A stretch of 64,000 nucleotides of DNA from the NCBI RefSeq assembly GCF_006345805.1, contig NC_043021.1:1550001-1614000 (forward strand), written 5' to 3'. Position numbers and translations under genes: made by a program. Position 1 is the stretch's first letter; every line of letters starts with the position of its first letter. The stretch comes from Octopus sinensis (Eukaryota). This document shows, one piece after another, positions 50,584 to 63,991 of this stretch. The notes under the pieces are model-generated. The model searched no databases. It worked only from the letters and a program-made list of their open reading frames with translations, and had not been told where the DNA came from.

Positions 50584-50745
50584 CATAAATATATAAATAT
50601 ATACATATTCTTTTACTTGTTTCAGGCAGAGAGAGAGAGAGAGAGATGGGGATAGATAAATAAAGAGATAGACAGATAAATGAATAAATATTCAAATATA
50701 TATTTCTATAGTTCTTCTTCTTCTTCTTCTTATTATTATTATTAT

Positions 50746-50784
<39 letters not shown>

Positions 50785-51121
50785 CAGCAGCAGCAGTAGT
50801 AGTAGTAGTAGTAGTAGTAGTAAAAATAATAATAACAGCAATAAGTGGCCAGCCAGCAAAAGCTAATAGATGGATAGATTCGCGCGCGCGACACGCACAC
50901 ACATACACACACAAACACACAAACACACAAACACACACACACACGCACAGACACTCACGTTCACTCACGTTCACACACGCGCATGCACACACACAGATGC
51001 GTATAGTATTTAATACTTGAATAACGTATTTCACTCTGATCCTGTTTCGTTGAGTGTCTGGCCAATTGCAGGACAGGAATAAGTAGAACACCACTTGAAA
51101 CAAAACACACAAGCACTAAAA

Positions 51122-51152
<31 letters not shown>

Positions 51153-51359
51153 GTAATAATAATAATAATAAACAATAAAGAAAAAAAATGACAAATAAAA
51201 TCCTGAAGTACCATTTTGGCGAAATAAGGATTGGCAGGCGTCACCTAAAAAACGTAGAGATCAATTGGTCTAACATGACTAGAGTCTTGTTTCTTAAATT
51301 GGCTCTCGGAGAGTTAATCATAATAGATAGATAGATAAATACACACACACATATCTATA

Positions 51360-52075
51360 TATTAGGACGTCCCATAAAGAATGCGGGTTTTTTTATACTT
51401 CTGTTTTTTAAAATTAAGATAAACAGAGTTCTTTTTTAATATGAAATATGCTCTCCTTCAATGTCTACAATGCATTTTCCATCTTATCTGGTAGACTTGC
51501 AAAGCCCCTCTTTTAAAATTCATTTGTCCGTGACGAAAAGTACTTCTCCAGTACTGTTCTGACTTCGTCTACAGAATTCATTTTTTTTTTTACCCCGTTC
51601 AAATGATTTTGAAGACTGGGGAATAAATGATAATTAGATAGGGCAATGTCTGGAGAACATGGTGATTACGGCATCGTTTCTCATTCAAACTGCTCCAGCT
51701 TTTGGAATGTCATCCTCGCTGTATGTGTCTGAGCATTATCCTGATAGAGGAACACCTTTCATCTTGAAACCAAAGATGGTCGTTTTTCTCCTAGTGCTGA
51801 CTTAAGTCGCTCAAGCTGTTCACAGTAGATCTCCTTTGTTATTGTTTGGTTTGGGTTTAAAAATTCAAAGTGGACTAAACCTTTCATTATCCCAGCAAAC
51901 AGATAACAACACCTTACGTGCGGCGAAGACTTTCTTTAGCCTGGAGTGCCGGTGTTTCTCCTTTCCCTACCCACTGCCTTCGGCGCTTGACATTTTTATA
52001 GACATTTCACTTGTCACCAGTCACTATTCGGTCCAAAAAGCTTCATTCGTGAGACGTGACAGCAAAGAAGAGCAC
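51360..52075 (-). mobile_element. Mariner transposase 3' fragment
   Basis: The minus strand has SPDIALSNYHLFPSLQNHLNG (YSPDL-type motif). TIR TAttaggacgtcccataaagaatgcgg at 51360. Confidence 0.8.
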
Positions 52076-52368
52076 ACATAATGAGATATATATTTTTTTT
52101 TATGTCTTTTTTTCTTTTTGTGAGGTATTCTTTTGCATTTATTCTTTTATTTGTTTCAGTCATGTGACTGCGGCCATTCTGGAGCACCGCCTTTGATCGA
52201 GCAAATCGACTCCAGGACTTATTCTTTGTAAGCCTAGTACTTATTCTATTGTTCTCTTTTGCTCAACGCCCTAAGTTACGGGGACGTAAACACACCAGCA
52301 TCGATTTGTCAAGTGATGTTGGTGGGACATACACAGACACACGCACAAATTTACACACACGCACGCAC

Positions 52369-52402
<34 letters not shown>

Positions 52403-53258
52403 TATATATATATATACACGACAGGCTTCTTTCAGTTTCTGCTTGCCAAATCCACTCACAAGGCTTTGGTCGGCCCGCGGCCATAGTAGAAGACACTTGC
52501 CCAAGGTGCCACGCAGTGGGACTGAACCGGGAACCATGTGGTTGGGAAGCAAGCTACTTACCACACAGCCACTCATGATATTTGCATGTGACCCCAATGC
52601 TGTGACAGTATAATTCGAAACCATAAATGTATCACTAACTAATTCTTGAAAGCACTGTGTTTAAACCTTATCTTCTTTCGATTTAGCTGCAGAGTTGTTT
52701 CTATTTTGGACAATTGTCATGCAGGATGTGAAGAAAACAAACGTGACATTTATGTAACCGTGATCAGGATGATTCAGGGTGATGCAGCCACACCCTGGTT
52801 TTGTTATCATGTATTCATTGCAAATAGCTGACAGGCAGATGAGGGCTTCACAGGCGATGCTGTGTAAGCAAAAACATTGCTTCCCAACCACATGGTTACA
52901 GGTTCCGTTTCAGTGCGTGACATCCGGGCCCACTGTAGCCTTATGAGTGGATTTCGTAGAGGGAAACTGAAAGAGGCCCGTTGTAAATACACCATCTGAT
53001 CTAAAATATGTTGACTTCCCAAAAATCTTTGCTATTTATCGAGCTGATTACGCGAATGTCATGGGTAAGCGCATGCGTGGTTGTGTGGTAAGATGCTCGC
53101 TTACCCCCGGGTGCCAAATTTGCCTCAATTGATGGTATTACTCGGGTAGGGAGGTAGGTGTGGGGTGGGACAGGGGCAGAAGGAGGAGGTCAAGCATGTC
53201 CCTTTAGGAGGGTATAGGCCACCCTATTCCTTCTGCCAAAGTTATCTCCGGGTGCCAA

Positions 53259-53311
<53 letters not shown>

Positions 53312-53320
53312 TATTATTAT

Positions 53321-53500
53321 TCTATGTTTGACTTTTGCTTTATGTTTGTACAAGTTGGCTCCAAGAATCACCCAGAGACCTCAAGAGACAACAGGTTGGA
53401 AGTTCACGTTGTTGTTATGCCTAGTGTGCCATATATTTGTTTGTTTTTTTTTGTGTGTGTGTTGTACTAGTGAATGTCTAATAAATAAATTTAAAAAAAA
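53321..53500 (-). mobile_element. Probable internally deleted Dong/R4-like 3' fragment ending in (TAA)n
   Basis: The minus strand has a WHTRHN-like remnant followed by UTR-like sequence and a long AAT tail. Confidence 0.35.
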
Positions 53501-53660
53501 AGAAAAAGTTTGTTTTAAACCTTGAGATTACATAGAAAGTATTTTGCGTAGGATATGAGCAGTTCCCATGAGCACTATCTTTTGAATTATTATTATTATT
53601 ATTATTTTATTATTTATTATTATTATTATTATTATAATCATCATCATTATTATTATTATA

Positions 53661-53720
<60 letters not shown>

Positions 53721-53837
53721 CAGTAAAACACCGGGGTTGATATAATCGACTAGTACCCCGCCCCCCACCGACATTTCAGACCTTGTGCCTTTAGCAGGAG
53801 GATTATTATTATCATCATCATCATTATCATCATCATT

Positions 53838-53935
<98 letters not shown>

Positions 53936-54068
53936 CATCATCATCATCATTTATTTATTTATTTATCTATCTATCCAGTCATTAAAGCGTTTATTATTTA
54001 TTAACACGCCGAGCAAAATGTTTGCTGGTATTTCATCCGCCTATCGGTGTATCTATAAATAGATAGAC

Positions 54069-54151
<83 letters not shown>

Positions 54152-54176
54152 AAGAAAGAGAGAGACAGAGAGAGAC

Positions 54177-54208
<32 letters not shown>

Positions 54209-54885
54209 GCAGATGGATGCCCTAAGTGTACAGCGATGGAAAAACAAACTTTAAACAGACTTCAGGACATGTTCAAAATGTTAGATCCGAGGATCATGTT
54301 TTGCACAAGTTGGAAGGATCTAATTCCTTTGGATTCGATTTCTACTTCAACATAACGGATTTATTTTCCAAGATGGACAGACAAAATTCGTTCTCCCAAG
54401 AGGAAGGGGCTCAACTGTAAAAGATAAGGTATTGGCAGGCGTAATTTTTCTGTTGGGGTGCTGAGTCAAAGAATTCGAAGTCAAACAACATCATCAAATT
54501 TCAAGACATTTTAGATTCATTCTGTGAAACAGAAATGGAGACGGAATGATTCAAAGCTTTAGAATGGCGTTGAAAGAGTTCTCTTCCTGAGACAAATCTT
54601 GAGTCATTTTTTTGAACCGGTTTTTGCTCATTTTTCTCACCATTCCTAGCACAACAAACCAGCTAGAATGACTTTCCGTAATGATGTTTAAGGGCGACGA
54701 ATTAGTAATGCGGCCTTGATCGGACCCAGGCTCGTGGCGGAATAGATGTGGCACTCGAAAAGAAAACCATTGGTTAACATATTGGGGGGAATAAAAAAAC
54801 AAAACAAAACAAAAGAAAAAGAAGACTGGGAGTCTGACTCACGAGGATCAAATTAGACAAGGAATATGAACCCACTTCAAACAAG

Positions 54886-55112
54886 TGACGATGATGATGA
54901 TGATGATGGTGATAATCATGACGATGACGACGACGACAACGATGATGATGATGATGATGATGATGATGGTGATGACCATGATTACGATGATGATGATGGT
55001 GATGATGATGATTATCAACATCATCATGACGACAACGACAACGATGATGCTGATGCTGATGATGATGATGATGATAAAGATGATGATGATGATGATTACG
55101 ATGATGATGATG

Positions 55113-55153
<41 letters not shown>

Positions 55154-55228
55154 GGTGATGATGATGATGTTGATGACGACGATGATCGTGATGATGACGA
55201 TGACGATGACGACGACGGCGACGGCGAC

Positions 55229-55283
<55 letters not shown>

Positions 55284-55317
55284 ATGATGATGATGGTGAT
55301 GATGATGGTGATGATGA

Positions 55318-55373
<56 letters not shown>

Positions 55374-55450
55374 GATGATCGTGATGATGACGATGACGAT
55401 GACGACGACGACGCCGACGACGACGGCGACGATGATGATGATGATGTTGA
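54886..55450. repeat. Compound (GAT/GAC)n microsatellite
   Basis: Directly visible, with register shifts at about 55111 and 55318. Confidence 0.95.
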
Positions 55451-55554
55451 TGGTCATGCCTAAAAAATCCCGATCGTCATCACCAAAATGTATGTCATAA
55501 CGGCGCTCCTACGACATCACCAAGGAGTTTAAGGGCGCATGGCATGGCAGTGTA

Positions 55555-55615
<61 letters not shown>

Positions 55616-55875
55616 TGCGTGTGTGTGTGTGGTGTGTGAAGGCAGTGCAAAATGTTTAGCGGTTTTTTCGTCCGTCTTAACGTTCTGAGTTCAAATTCCG
55701 CCGAAGTTGACTTTGCCTTTCATTCTTTCGAGGTCGATAGAACAAGCAACAGTGAAACACTGGGGGGTCGATGTAATCGATTAACCCCCTTCCTCACCCC
55801 CCAAAATTTCAGGCCCTGTACCTTTAATAGAAACGATTATTATTATTATTTTATTATTATTATATTATATTATTA

Positions 55876-55909
<34 letters not shown>

Positions 55910-55911
55910 TT

Positions 55912-56362
55912 TCATAGTTTTATTTATAGCGTGCTTTCACTTCACTACCGAGCGCAGCTCTGTGTGCCTTGGGTATGTGCTGTGATTTGTTGTGATGCTC
56001 TGATGGTTATTGTATGGAAAGTGTTCTGCGTAGGATGTGTGCAGTGCCTAGTAGTGCAATTTTCTGTATGTTATATGTGTTTGTAAGTCCTGGTGTTTTT
56101 GTTATGTATTTGTCTGAATATTTTTTTATCATGCCTAATGCACCTACTATGATAGGAATTGTTTCTGTTTTCAAATTCCACATTCTAGTTACCTCTATTT
56201 CCAGGTCTTTGTATTTTGAGAGTTTCTCCATTTCTTTTAGAGACACGTTGTCATCAGCCGGTATTGATACATCAATTAGAAAGCATTTTTTTTCTTCATG
56301 ATCTCTGACAACTATATCTGGTCTGTTGGCCTTAATTTCTCTATCTGTGTGTATCGGCATAT
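55912..56362 (-). mobile_element. 3' end of an R4/Dong-clade LINE (restriction-like endonuclease plus 3' UTR) embedded in (TAA)n
   Basis: TDREIKANRPDIVV..CFLIDVSIP.D.NV..KEMEKLSKYKDL..IPIIVGALG..LGTAHILRRTL. Flanked on both sides by TAA/TTA microsatellite. Confidence 0.9.
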
Positions 56363-56412
56363 CTCAGAGTATGGTTGCTTTCTCGTTATTATTATCTTTA
56401 TTATTATTCTTA

Positions 56413-56467
<55 letters not shown>

Positions 56468-56796
56468 GTCATCATTAATCACGGGAAATATGTGCTTATC
56501 TTTAACTCTACAGCTTCCGCATCTTTTCCCGCTATCCCTTAAACGGTAAACTCCTTCATCTGTTTTCCTTCTTCCACTCCTTCTTCGGATTCTCAAAGTC
56601 TTATTTTGACCTATTTCACGTTTTTGCTCACTTTCAAATGCTCCTCTCATCTCCCCTCTTTCTGCCTTTATTCCCCATCACCCTATATTCCCCTCTCCCT
56701 GTCCCCCTTTCTCTCTCTCTCTCTCTCACTCTCTCTCTCTTTCTCTGTCCCACTTTTTCTTTTTTTCTCTCTCTCTCTTTCTCACTCTCTCCTTCT

Positions 56797-57218
56797 CTCT
56801 TTTACTCTTTTACTCTTTTACTTGTTTCAGTCATTTTGACTGCGGCCATGCTGGAGCACCGCCTTTAGTCGAGCAAATCGAACCCGGGACTTATTCTTTG
56901 TAAGCCCAGTACTTATCCTATCGGTCTCTTTTGCCGAACCGCTAGGTGACGGGGACGTAAACACACTAGCATCGGTTGTCAAGCAATGCTAGGGGGACAA
57001 ACACAGACACACAAACACACACGCACACACACATATATATATATATATATATACATATATACGACAGGCTTCTTTCAGTTTCCGTCTACCAAATCCACTC
57101 ACAAGGCTTTGGTCGGCCCGGGGCTATAGCAGAAGACACTTGCCCAAGATGCCACGCAGTGGGACTGAACCCGGAACCATGTGGTTGGTTAGCAAGCTAC
57201 TTACCACACAGCCACTCC
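56797..57218 (-). mobile_element. Full-length copy of the abundant CORE-like SINE
   Basis: Near-identical reverse complement of 20905-21303. Confidence 0.9.
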
Positions 57219-57789
57219 TATCTTTCTATCTTCATATCATTCTCTTAATATTTATATTCTTTGCTTTTCCATTGTGTTCTATTCTTAACAGACTCCCACT
57301 CCGTGTCTGAATACACACAAATATATACACATATTGCCCATGAAATGTCTTCACGAGAAATCTCATTCATTATGTCGCAGCACAACTATGAATAAGGCTC
57401 TATATGTATATTTATATGTGACGCTTTAATGTCGATGATGCAACTGGATACAGACTACGAAACAGCTGACACCAAGTGGAAACATTTCATCTTTCATTTT
57501 TCGAAATTTTGGGTAATTGTTATATACTGTGAACCATTGTGATCCTTTCCTTTTCGGAAGAACGATAACATTAATGTTATACCCTAACCTCAACTATTGT
57601 CTTCTTGATAGCCGGACACCCGGCGGAGTGCTTGCAATGAGTTCGGTTTGATTTTTTTCTTGGAATCCCTATTCCTGTTAAACATACACTCACATATATT
57701 TACACACACACACGCGTGCGCGCGCACACACACACACACACACATACACACACACATACTCATGTGCATAAATTCCCTTTTCGCACCAT

Positions 57790-57935
57790 GTATCACTACA
57801 TACCTAGCGAAGTATGTTTGGCAGATAAGAGAAAACAGCGAACCTGCAACTGACTATAGATGGAGCCACCTTATCCTGTAACCATTCCAAACACTGCCAT
57901 TTGCGATTGACCTAGAAAAATCAAATAATGGACAA
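57790..57935 (+). mobile_element. Penelope-like GIY-YIG endonuclease remnant
   Basis: TTYLAKYVWQIREN...YRWS, then a degenerate C.L.L.EK..I motif. Confidence 0.55.
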
Positions 57936-58101
57936 TCCTTTCACCAAATATTCTTTCTTCTATGGGCAGGAAACCTGAAATTTAGGGTAAGTGGGACTAG
58001 TCAATTACATAGAAACCAGCACCCAACAGTTATTACTATTATTATTATTATTATTATTATTATTTTATTATTATTATATTATTATTATCATCTTATTATT
58101 A

Positions 58102-58142
<41 letters not shown>

Positions 58143-58162
58143 CATCATCATCATCATTATTA

Positions 58163-58198
<36 letters not shown>

Positions 58199-58265
58199 CA
58201 TCTATTATTATTATTTTATTATATTATTATTATTATATCATCATTATTATTATTATTATTATTAG

Positions 58266-58297
<32 letters not shown>

Positions 58298-58316
58298 CAT
58301 ATCATTATTATTATTA

Positions 58317-58352
<36 letters not shown>

Positions 58353-58374
58353 CATCATCATTATTATTATTATT

Positions 58375-58930
58375 GAGTGAGAGAGCAGTTCATGCCATCA
58401 AAGTGACACTGGGGTAAAATATACGAAGCCCAATATACCCATCATGACTACCCGTCTGATAAAGGTACACCAGGCACATGCATCACAACCATATGTGCGC
58501 GACATGGTGATCTCATATCAAGATAAACAACACATGACCTTGCAGGTGGGGCCCAGTTAGAATTTTCTTCAGGTTGAGTAGCCCATCCTGCTCAAACGGT
58601 CCCTGAATAAGGGTTGCTTTAGGATGTTGAACGAAACACCTATGTTTCCAGAGGTGAACCATTCAAACTCCAAAGAATCCCTCTCAACACATGGCCATGA
58701 TGCTCCCCCACTACTTCTGCTCGTGATCAGAGATGCACATATCGTCAGCCACTAAGGGACATGCTCAACTGGTTAAGGTCAAACAACTGACAAGCAAACC
58801 TGTGGTATTGAGCAGAATATTTGCTGTAGCCCATCTTTTATACCAAGACAAAACAATGTACATGATAACACTTCCAGTCAGTAAGATCAGAAGCCATGAG
58901 AGCCACTGCCTGGTACTGCATCAGGGCATT
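58375..58930 (-). mobile_element. About 555-bp non-coding interspersed element embedded in (TAA)n; second copy at 27402-27976 in the opposite orientation
   Basis: The two copies are clearly homologous (e.g. ctgatcacgagcagaagtagtgggggagca, gatatgagatcaccatgtcgcgcacatatgg). Both end in ..actcAATAATAAT. Confidence 0.75.
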
Positions 58931-58944
58931 TATTATTATTATTA

Positions 58945-58981
<37 letters not shown>

Positions 58982-59051
58982 TAAATTATTTTATTATTAT
59001 TAATATTATTATTATTATTATTTTATTATTTTATTATTATTATTATTATCA

Positions 59052-59098
<47 letters not shown>

Positions 59099-59368
59099 CA
59101 CAGTTATTAATCATGTGATTACTAGCCTCGTATCAAAAACTTGAAACCCATAAACTCATGGACACATGTGTGTATGTTTTTGTGTGTGTGTGATAACACA
59201 TATACAGAGCCGGAAACATGTTATGGCGCAATATGCCTATGGAGCAGTTTTTAACAACCTCCCTGAGGCCCCTTTGACTCAGCTTGGAATTAACAATAAC
59301 AAAATATATTTGCAGTAATTAAATAAATAATTTGTGATTTTCTTATTTAATTATCTTTTGTCTTTTCC

Positions 59369-60990
59369 TTGTTAATAATTGCAAAAAAACAACTGGAATT
59401 AATAACAACATTTTCTGCTGATAAAGACATGAAATTTGGCCAAAAGAAATGTTTATATTTGGTTGCAGAACGAGGTAAGTCAATTCCCCAAACCCCAAAC
59501 CTGCGCATCGACGGTCTCTCTATCTCCCCCATTCCACACAAAGAATGTTACAAGTACCTAGGCATAGACGAAAATGTATCGTATGAAGGCACTGTGAATA
59601 AAGATAGAGTGACCCGAGAATATTACACCAGACTTGGGAAAACATGGCAATCGGAATTCTCCTTTTACAACAAAACAATATCCCACAATGCATTTGCAGT
59701 ACCAGTTCTGATCCTGACATTTGGGATACTTGATTGGTCTGTAGAGGAAATCTACTCCATAGATATCAAAACCCGCAAAATCCTGACAATAACTGGGAAC
59801 TTCCTCAGAAGCATTAATGTTGACAGACTCTACCTAAGAAGAAATGAAGGTGGTAGAGGACTAAGATCAGTGCAGACGGCCTTCGAATGCCATATGGTAT
59901 CACTCAGGCAGCACCTGCTAAACAACAGCAGCAAAAATAAGTATATAAATGCAGTGTTGAAAAGTGAAATGTGCAGCATTACGCGAGTTGACAGTGATCG
60001 CCCCAAGAAGCACTCTCTTCCTGATGATCTTCTATACAGCCCCAAAACAACTGGGCTCTCTTACCTCAGAGAAGACCTGGATGGAAAGCACTCAATATAC
60101 AAAAAAAAAAAAAGACTATGCATGGACATGTTGCCTGGAAGCTTGAAGAAGACAGTAGAATTGACAGGAAGCGCAACCTCTCTAGGACACAAAACCACTA
60201 CATCACATTACACTTTGAAGGCAATGCGGTTGCAATACAGGAACAGGAGATTGCCACAAAGTACCTGGTGAACAAGAGAGACAGTGACGCTCTTGTAACC
60301 CCAAGGTGCAACCACATGTGCAGGCTATGTCATGTTTCTGTGGAAGACATCACGCTTGTGATTAGCAGCTGTCCTAAAAATGCCGTCACAGTACTATCTC
60401 CTTATGCGACACGATGTTGTTAGAACAATTTACAATGCCATCCGCAAAAAAGACTGTCCTGAAATAAACTCAGAAAATACCTCTGTTATGGAATACATTC
60501 ATAAACACCAACTCAAGGAATACTGGTGGATTATTCCCATCAAAATTTGTGTCAAATGTAAACATAACAAGCTGGATATTGTTGTTTGAGACAGAGAGGC
60601 AAATGTAAGTACCATCATAGAGGTCAACTGCCCTGCAGATAGAAATGTTTCTCTGAAAATCAAAGAAAAAGAGGATATCTATGGACAACTGCTTCGAAAC
60701 CTCCAGCTTCTACATCCAGAATATGAATTCATATTCATACCAATAATAACTGGAGCACTAGGTTTTGTTAGTAAATGCTTAAAGGAGAACCTGGATAAAC
60801 TGGGATTTCCAGAAAGAGAAATCGACCGGCTGATTCGTACATTACAAGTGCAATCTGTGAGTGGAACAGTAAAGATATGCAAGACTTTTCTCAAGTTCCA
60901 AATGTGAATTTGTCTGTGTTAACTACATCCCAAAAATGGAGCCTTGTTTCTTTGTTGGAAACTGGCTCCCTCCTTAGTGAAAGATTTATA
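59369..60990 (+). mobile_element. 5'-truncated, frameshifted R4/Dong-clade non-LTR retrotransposon (RT end, CCHC finger, restriction-like endonuclease)
   Basis: YKYLG, DRLYL.R.EGGRGL, CRLC, RHD, KLDIVV, IIEV.CP.D.NV..K..EK and IPIITGALG motifs spread over several frames. The coding part ends at about 60908. Confidence 0.85.
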
Positions 60991-61051
60991 ATAATTAAAA
61001 AATAGAAGAAACACATAAATACATACAGACTTACATGCAAACCTACAAACA

Positions 61052-62673
61052 TAAAAAGTAAGCAACGTTTTGAACCATGAAGAATTTGTAGCAGATTTTT
61101 GCAGAGTTTAGAATTTTTTAAAGCATTTTTTTTGCAATTGTCTGATAATACAGACACAGACTTGCCCAAATGCATCAATAAATTAAGATTGATATTTTTT
61201 TTTTACCGTTGTTACAATCATCTGAAATGGAACTGTTAAAGCGCATTATTCGAGCAATTTTGCTATTCAACTTCAAAAACGGACGTAAAGCAGCTGAAGC
61301 TGCTCGCGATATCAACAGAACTTTTGGTGAGGAAATGACCAGTGAGTGGTCAGCTCGAAAATGGTTTAAATGATTTCGCAGGGGAGACCTGAGCCTTGAA
61401 GATCGTGAGCGTAGTGGACACCCATCTGTCATCGATGACGGTCGATTAAAGTCCGTCATTGAGAAAGATCTACGTAAACCCACTTGAGAACTGGCAAAAG
61501 AACTTCAAGTTAGTCAGAAAACTGCCTGCAACCATCTGCATGCGATCGGAAAATCAAAAAAGTTCGACAAATGGGTTCCACATGATGTGAATGAAAATCA
61601 GAAAATGTGCAGATATAAAATTTGCTCGTCGCTTCTTCCCCGTAACCAGACCGATTCATTTCTTGACCGTATTGTAAACTTGCAATGAAAAGCGGATTCT
61701 GTACAATAATAAAAAAACGTTCTTCGCAGAGGTTGGACCAAAATGAAGCACTGAAAATCTTCCTTAAACCCGAGCTCTTCAAAATGAAGGTTATGGTAAC
61801 TGTTTGGAGGTGTACCGCTGGACTCATCCACTATAACTTCTTAAAACCCGGAAAAACGATTACTGCAGAAACTTATTGCCAAAATTGCCATGACACTTAT
61901 TGCCATGACACTGCATCCTTTAAGGCCCTCATGCTTTCCGAAATCCGCCGAAACTACACCTGATTATGCATACACTTTAGATGAGTTGTAGTGCACCTGA
62001 GCACTGTACACAATGTTTTTTATTGTTATTTATAAATGAACGAAAAGCTGCTACTCCTCCGTCGCAGACTGGTCAAAAGAAGAGGACTAAGCAGTCTTCA
62101 TTAATGACGCTCCAAAAGTTGAGGGAACTTGGCTGCGAAGTTCTTCTCCACCCAGCTTACTCCCCAGACTTTTCTTCTACCAACTACCTATTTCTTTACT
62201 ACCCACAAGGGGTTAAACACAGAGGGGACAAACAAGGACAGACAAACGGGTTAAGTCGATAATTCGACCCCAGTGCGTAACTGGTACTTATTTAATCGAC
62301 CCCGAAAGAATGAAAGGCAAAGTCAACCTCGGCGGAATTTGAACTCAGAACGTAGCGGCAGACGAAATACCGCTCAGCATTTCGCCCTGCGTGCTACCGA
62401 TTCTGCCAGCTCGCCACCTTTTTCGAATACCTTGATGGTTTCCTGCGAAACAAGGAGTTCAAAGATGAAACCTATGCCGAAAGTGCGTTCAAAGAGTTCA
62501 TCAGCTCCAGAACTCCTGGTCGTTATGTTACCAGAATAAACAAACTCGTAACTCGTTGGCAAAAATGTGTTAATTGTAACCGTACTCACTTTGATGAATA
62601 AAATTTCCGCATTGTTGAAATATATATTGTGATGTATCCCAACTTTCAAAACGTTGCTTACTTTTTACTCAGC

Positions 62674-62677
<4 letters not shown>
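61052..62677 (+). mobile_element. Degenerate mariner transposon with nested CR1 tail and SINE
   Basis: ATG at 61227: IRAILLFNFKNGRKAAEAARDIN..DKWVPHD..KVMVTVW..HPAYSPD, with stops and frameshifts. The TIR remnant taaaaagtaagcaacgttttgaa (61052) is inverted at 62645-62667, and the element ends ..cctga|TA. Confidence 0.9.
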
Positions 62678-62735
<58 letters not shown>

Positions 62736-62764
62736 CTATATATATATATATATACATATATATA

Positions 62765-62980
62765 ATATTAAAATAATCCAACAAGAAAACAAAAAGACAA
62801 CAACGCAAGGATGTGGAACAAATAAAGTATTATTGGACGCTCAGGAAAGAAGGGAAGAAGGCGGGTTTGACGTTTCGAGCGGAGCTCTTCGTCGGAAACA
62901 TAGGAGAAAGAAAGATCCCGAGACGGGAGGACAAGGAAAGAAAATTGCAGGTGGTATTCACGAGGTCACATACTAAAAAG
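62765..62980 (-). mobile_element. Penelope-like terminal-repeat fragment carrying the hammerhead motif
   Basis: Hammerhead core with a pyrimidine-rich context on the minus strand, bounded by (TA)n tracts. Confidence 0.45.
62865..62899 (-). ncRNA. Minimal type I hammerhead ribozyme motif (Penelope-type, U4C variant)
   Basis: GUUU-CCGACGA-A-GAGC(UCC)GCUC-GAAAC-GUC^-AAAC. Helix I is GUUU/AAAC, helix II is GAGC/GCUC, and helix III is a loopless palindromic ACGU. Confidence 0.6.
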
Positions 62981-63070
62981 ACAGAAGTGGTAAAAATGGA
63001 GGAAAATGTTTTTTAAAAACAAGAGAGCTATCAAAGAAGGAATGGTAAAAAAGGTGGTGCGAGAAGATAT

Positions 63071-63127
<57 letters not shown>

Positions 63128-63499
63128 TTGAAACACTCCTCCTGTCACAACCTGGGACCTTGAAGACTGCTTAAATGCAAGAAAGTATACTAGTCCCTTA
63201 ATATTTTATATTCAATATTTCATCTATTCAATAAAACAATCAATACTTCATTTCATTTTACTATATATATATTATTTATACTATATATTCTATATTCTAC
63301 ATTAATGTTATAAAGAATATAAATAAAACATAAAAAAACAGAGTTGGAATATCTTTGAATAAGATATATATATATAATATATCCTGTAAGTAATAATAAA
63401 TGATATTTTTATACAAGCATTAATCTTATGGCGATCACCATGCAATGGCTAAGGAAAATAATCCAATAAACCATTCACACCATATATACATATATATAT

Positions 63500-63547
<48 letters not shown>

Positions 63548-63738
63548 AAATAGTAAAAAGTGAAAAACTACAGAAGGCTTGTTTTAAAAGGTTAAAAAAT
63601 ATATATTTGAGTCAATATGTCTGAAGAATGTTATAAATTGTTTTCATACAATGACATATTATAGAAGAAATGACCGGTTTCGCGTTCAGCTTTTCAAATT
63701 TCTTACCTATATATATATATATATATATATACTTATTA

Positions 63739-63790
<52 letters not shown>

Positions 63791-63794
<4 letters not shown>

Positions 63795-63867
63795 CGAGAA
63801 TATTGTTGACGTGGTTGAAGCTCCCAAATTATAGTGTGACCCCATTTAGAGTAATCTAAAATTGGTC
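63791..63867 (-). CDS. Possible terminal exon of an unidentified gene extending beyond the window
   Basis: A pyrimidine tract and tagcag acceptor precede a phase-1 frame xPILDYSKWGHTIIWELQPRQQYSR*. No family recognised. Confidence 0.3.
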
Positions 63868-63942
63868 CTGCTATAATTGAACAGAAAAGCAAACATTAAG
63901 AGGAACATGTGGATCTTATATATACAATACTTGTGCGTGTGT

Positions 63943-63991
<49 letters not shown>

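Noticed and set aside
50168-51112. 314-aa minus-strand ORF
   Set aside because: It is a concatenation of CA, TA, TAC and AAG microsatellite translations with no recognisable domain.
54866-55321. 151-aa poly-Asp ORF resembling acidic biomineralisation proteins
   Set aside because: There is no signal peptide, and the register slips into poly-Met and back, as expected for a (GAT)n microsatellite.
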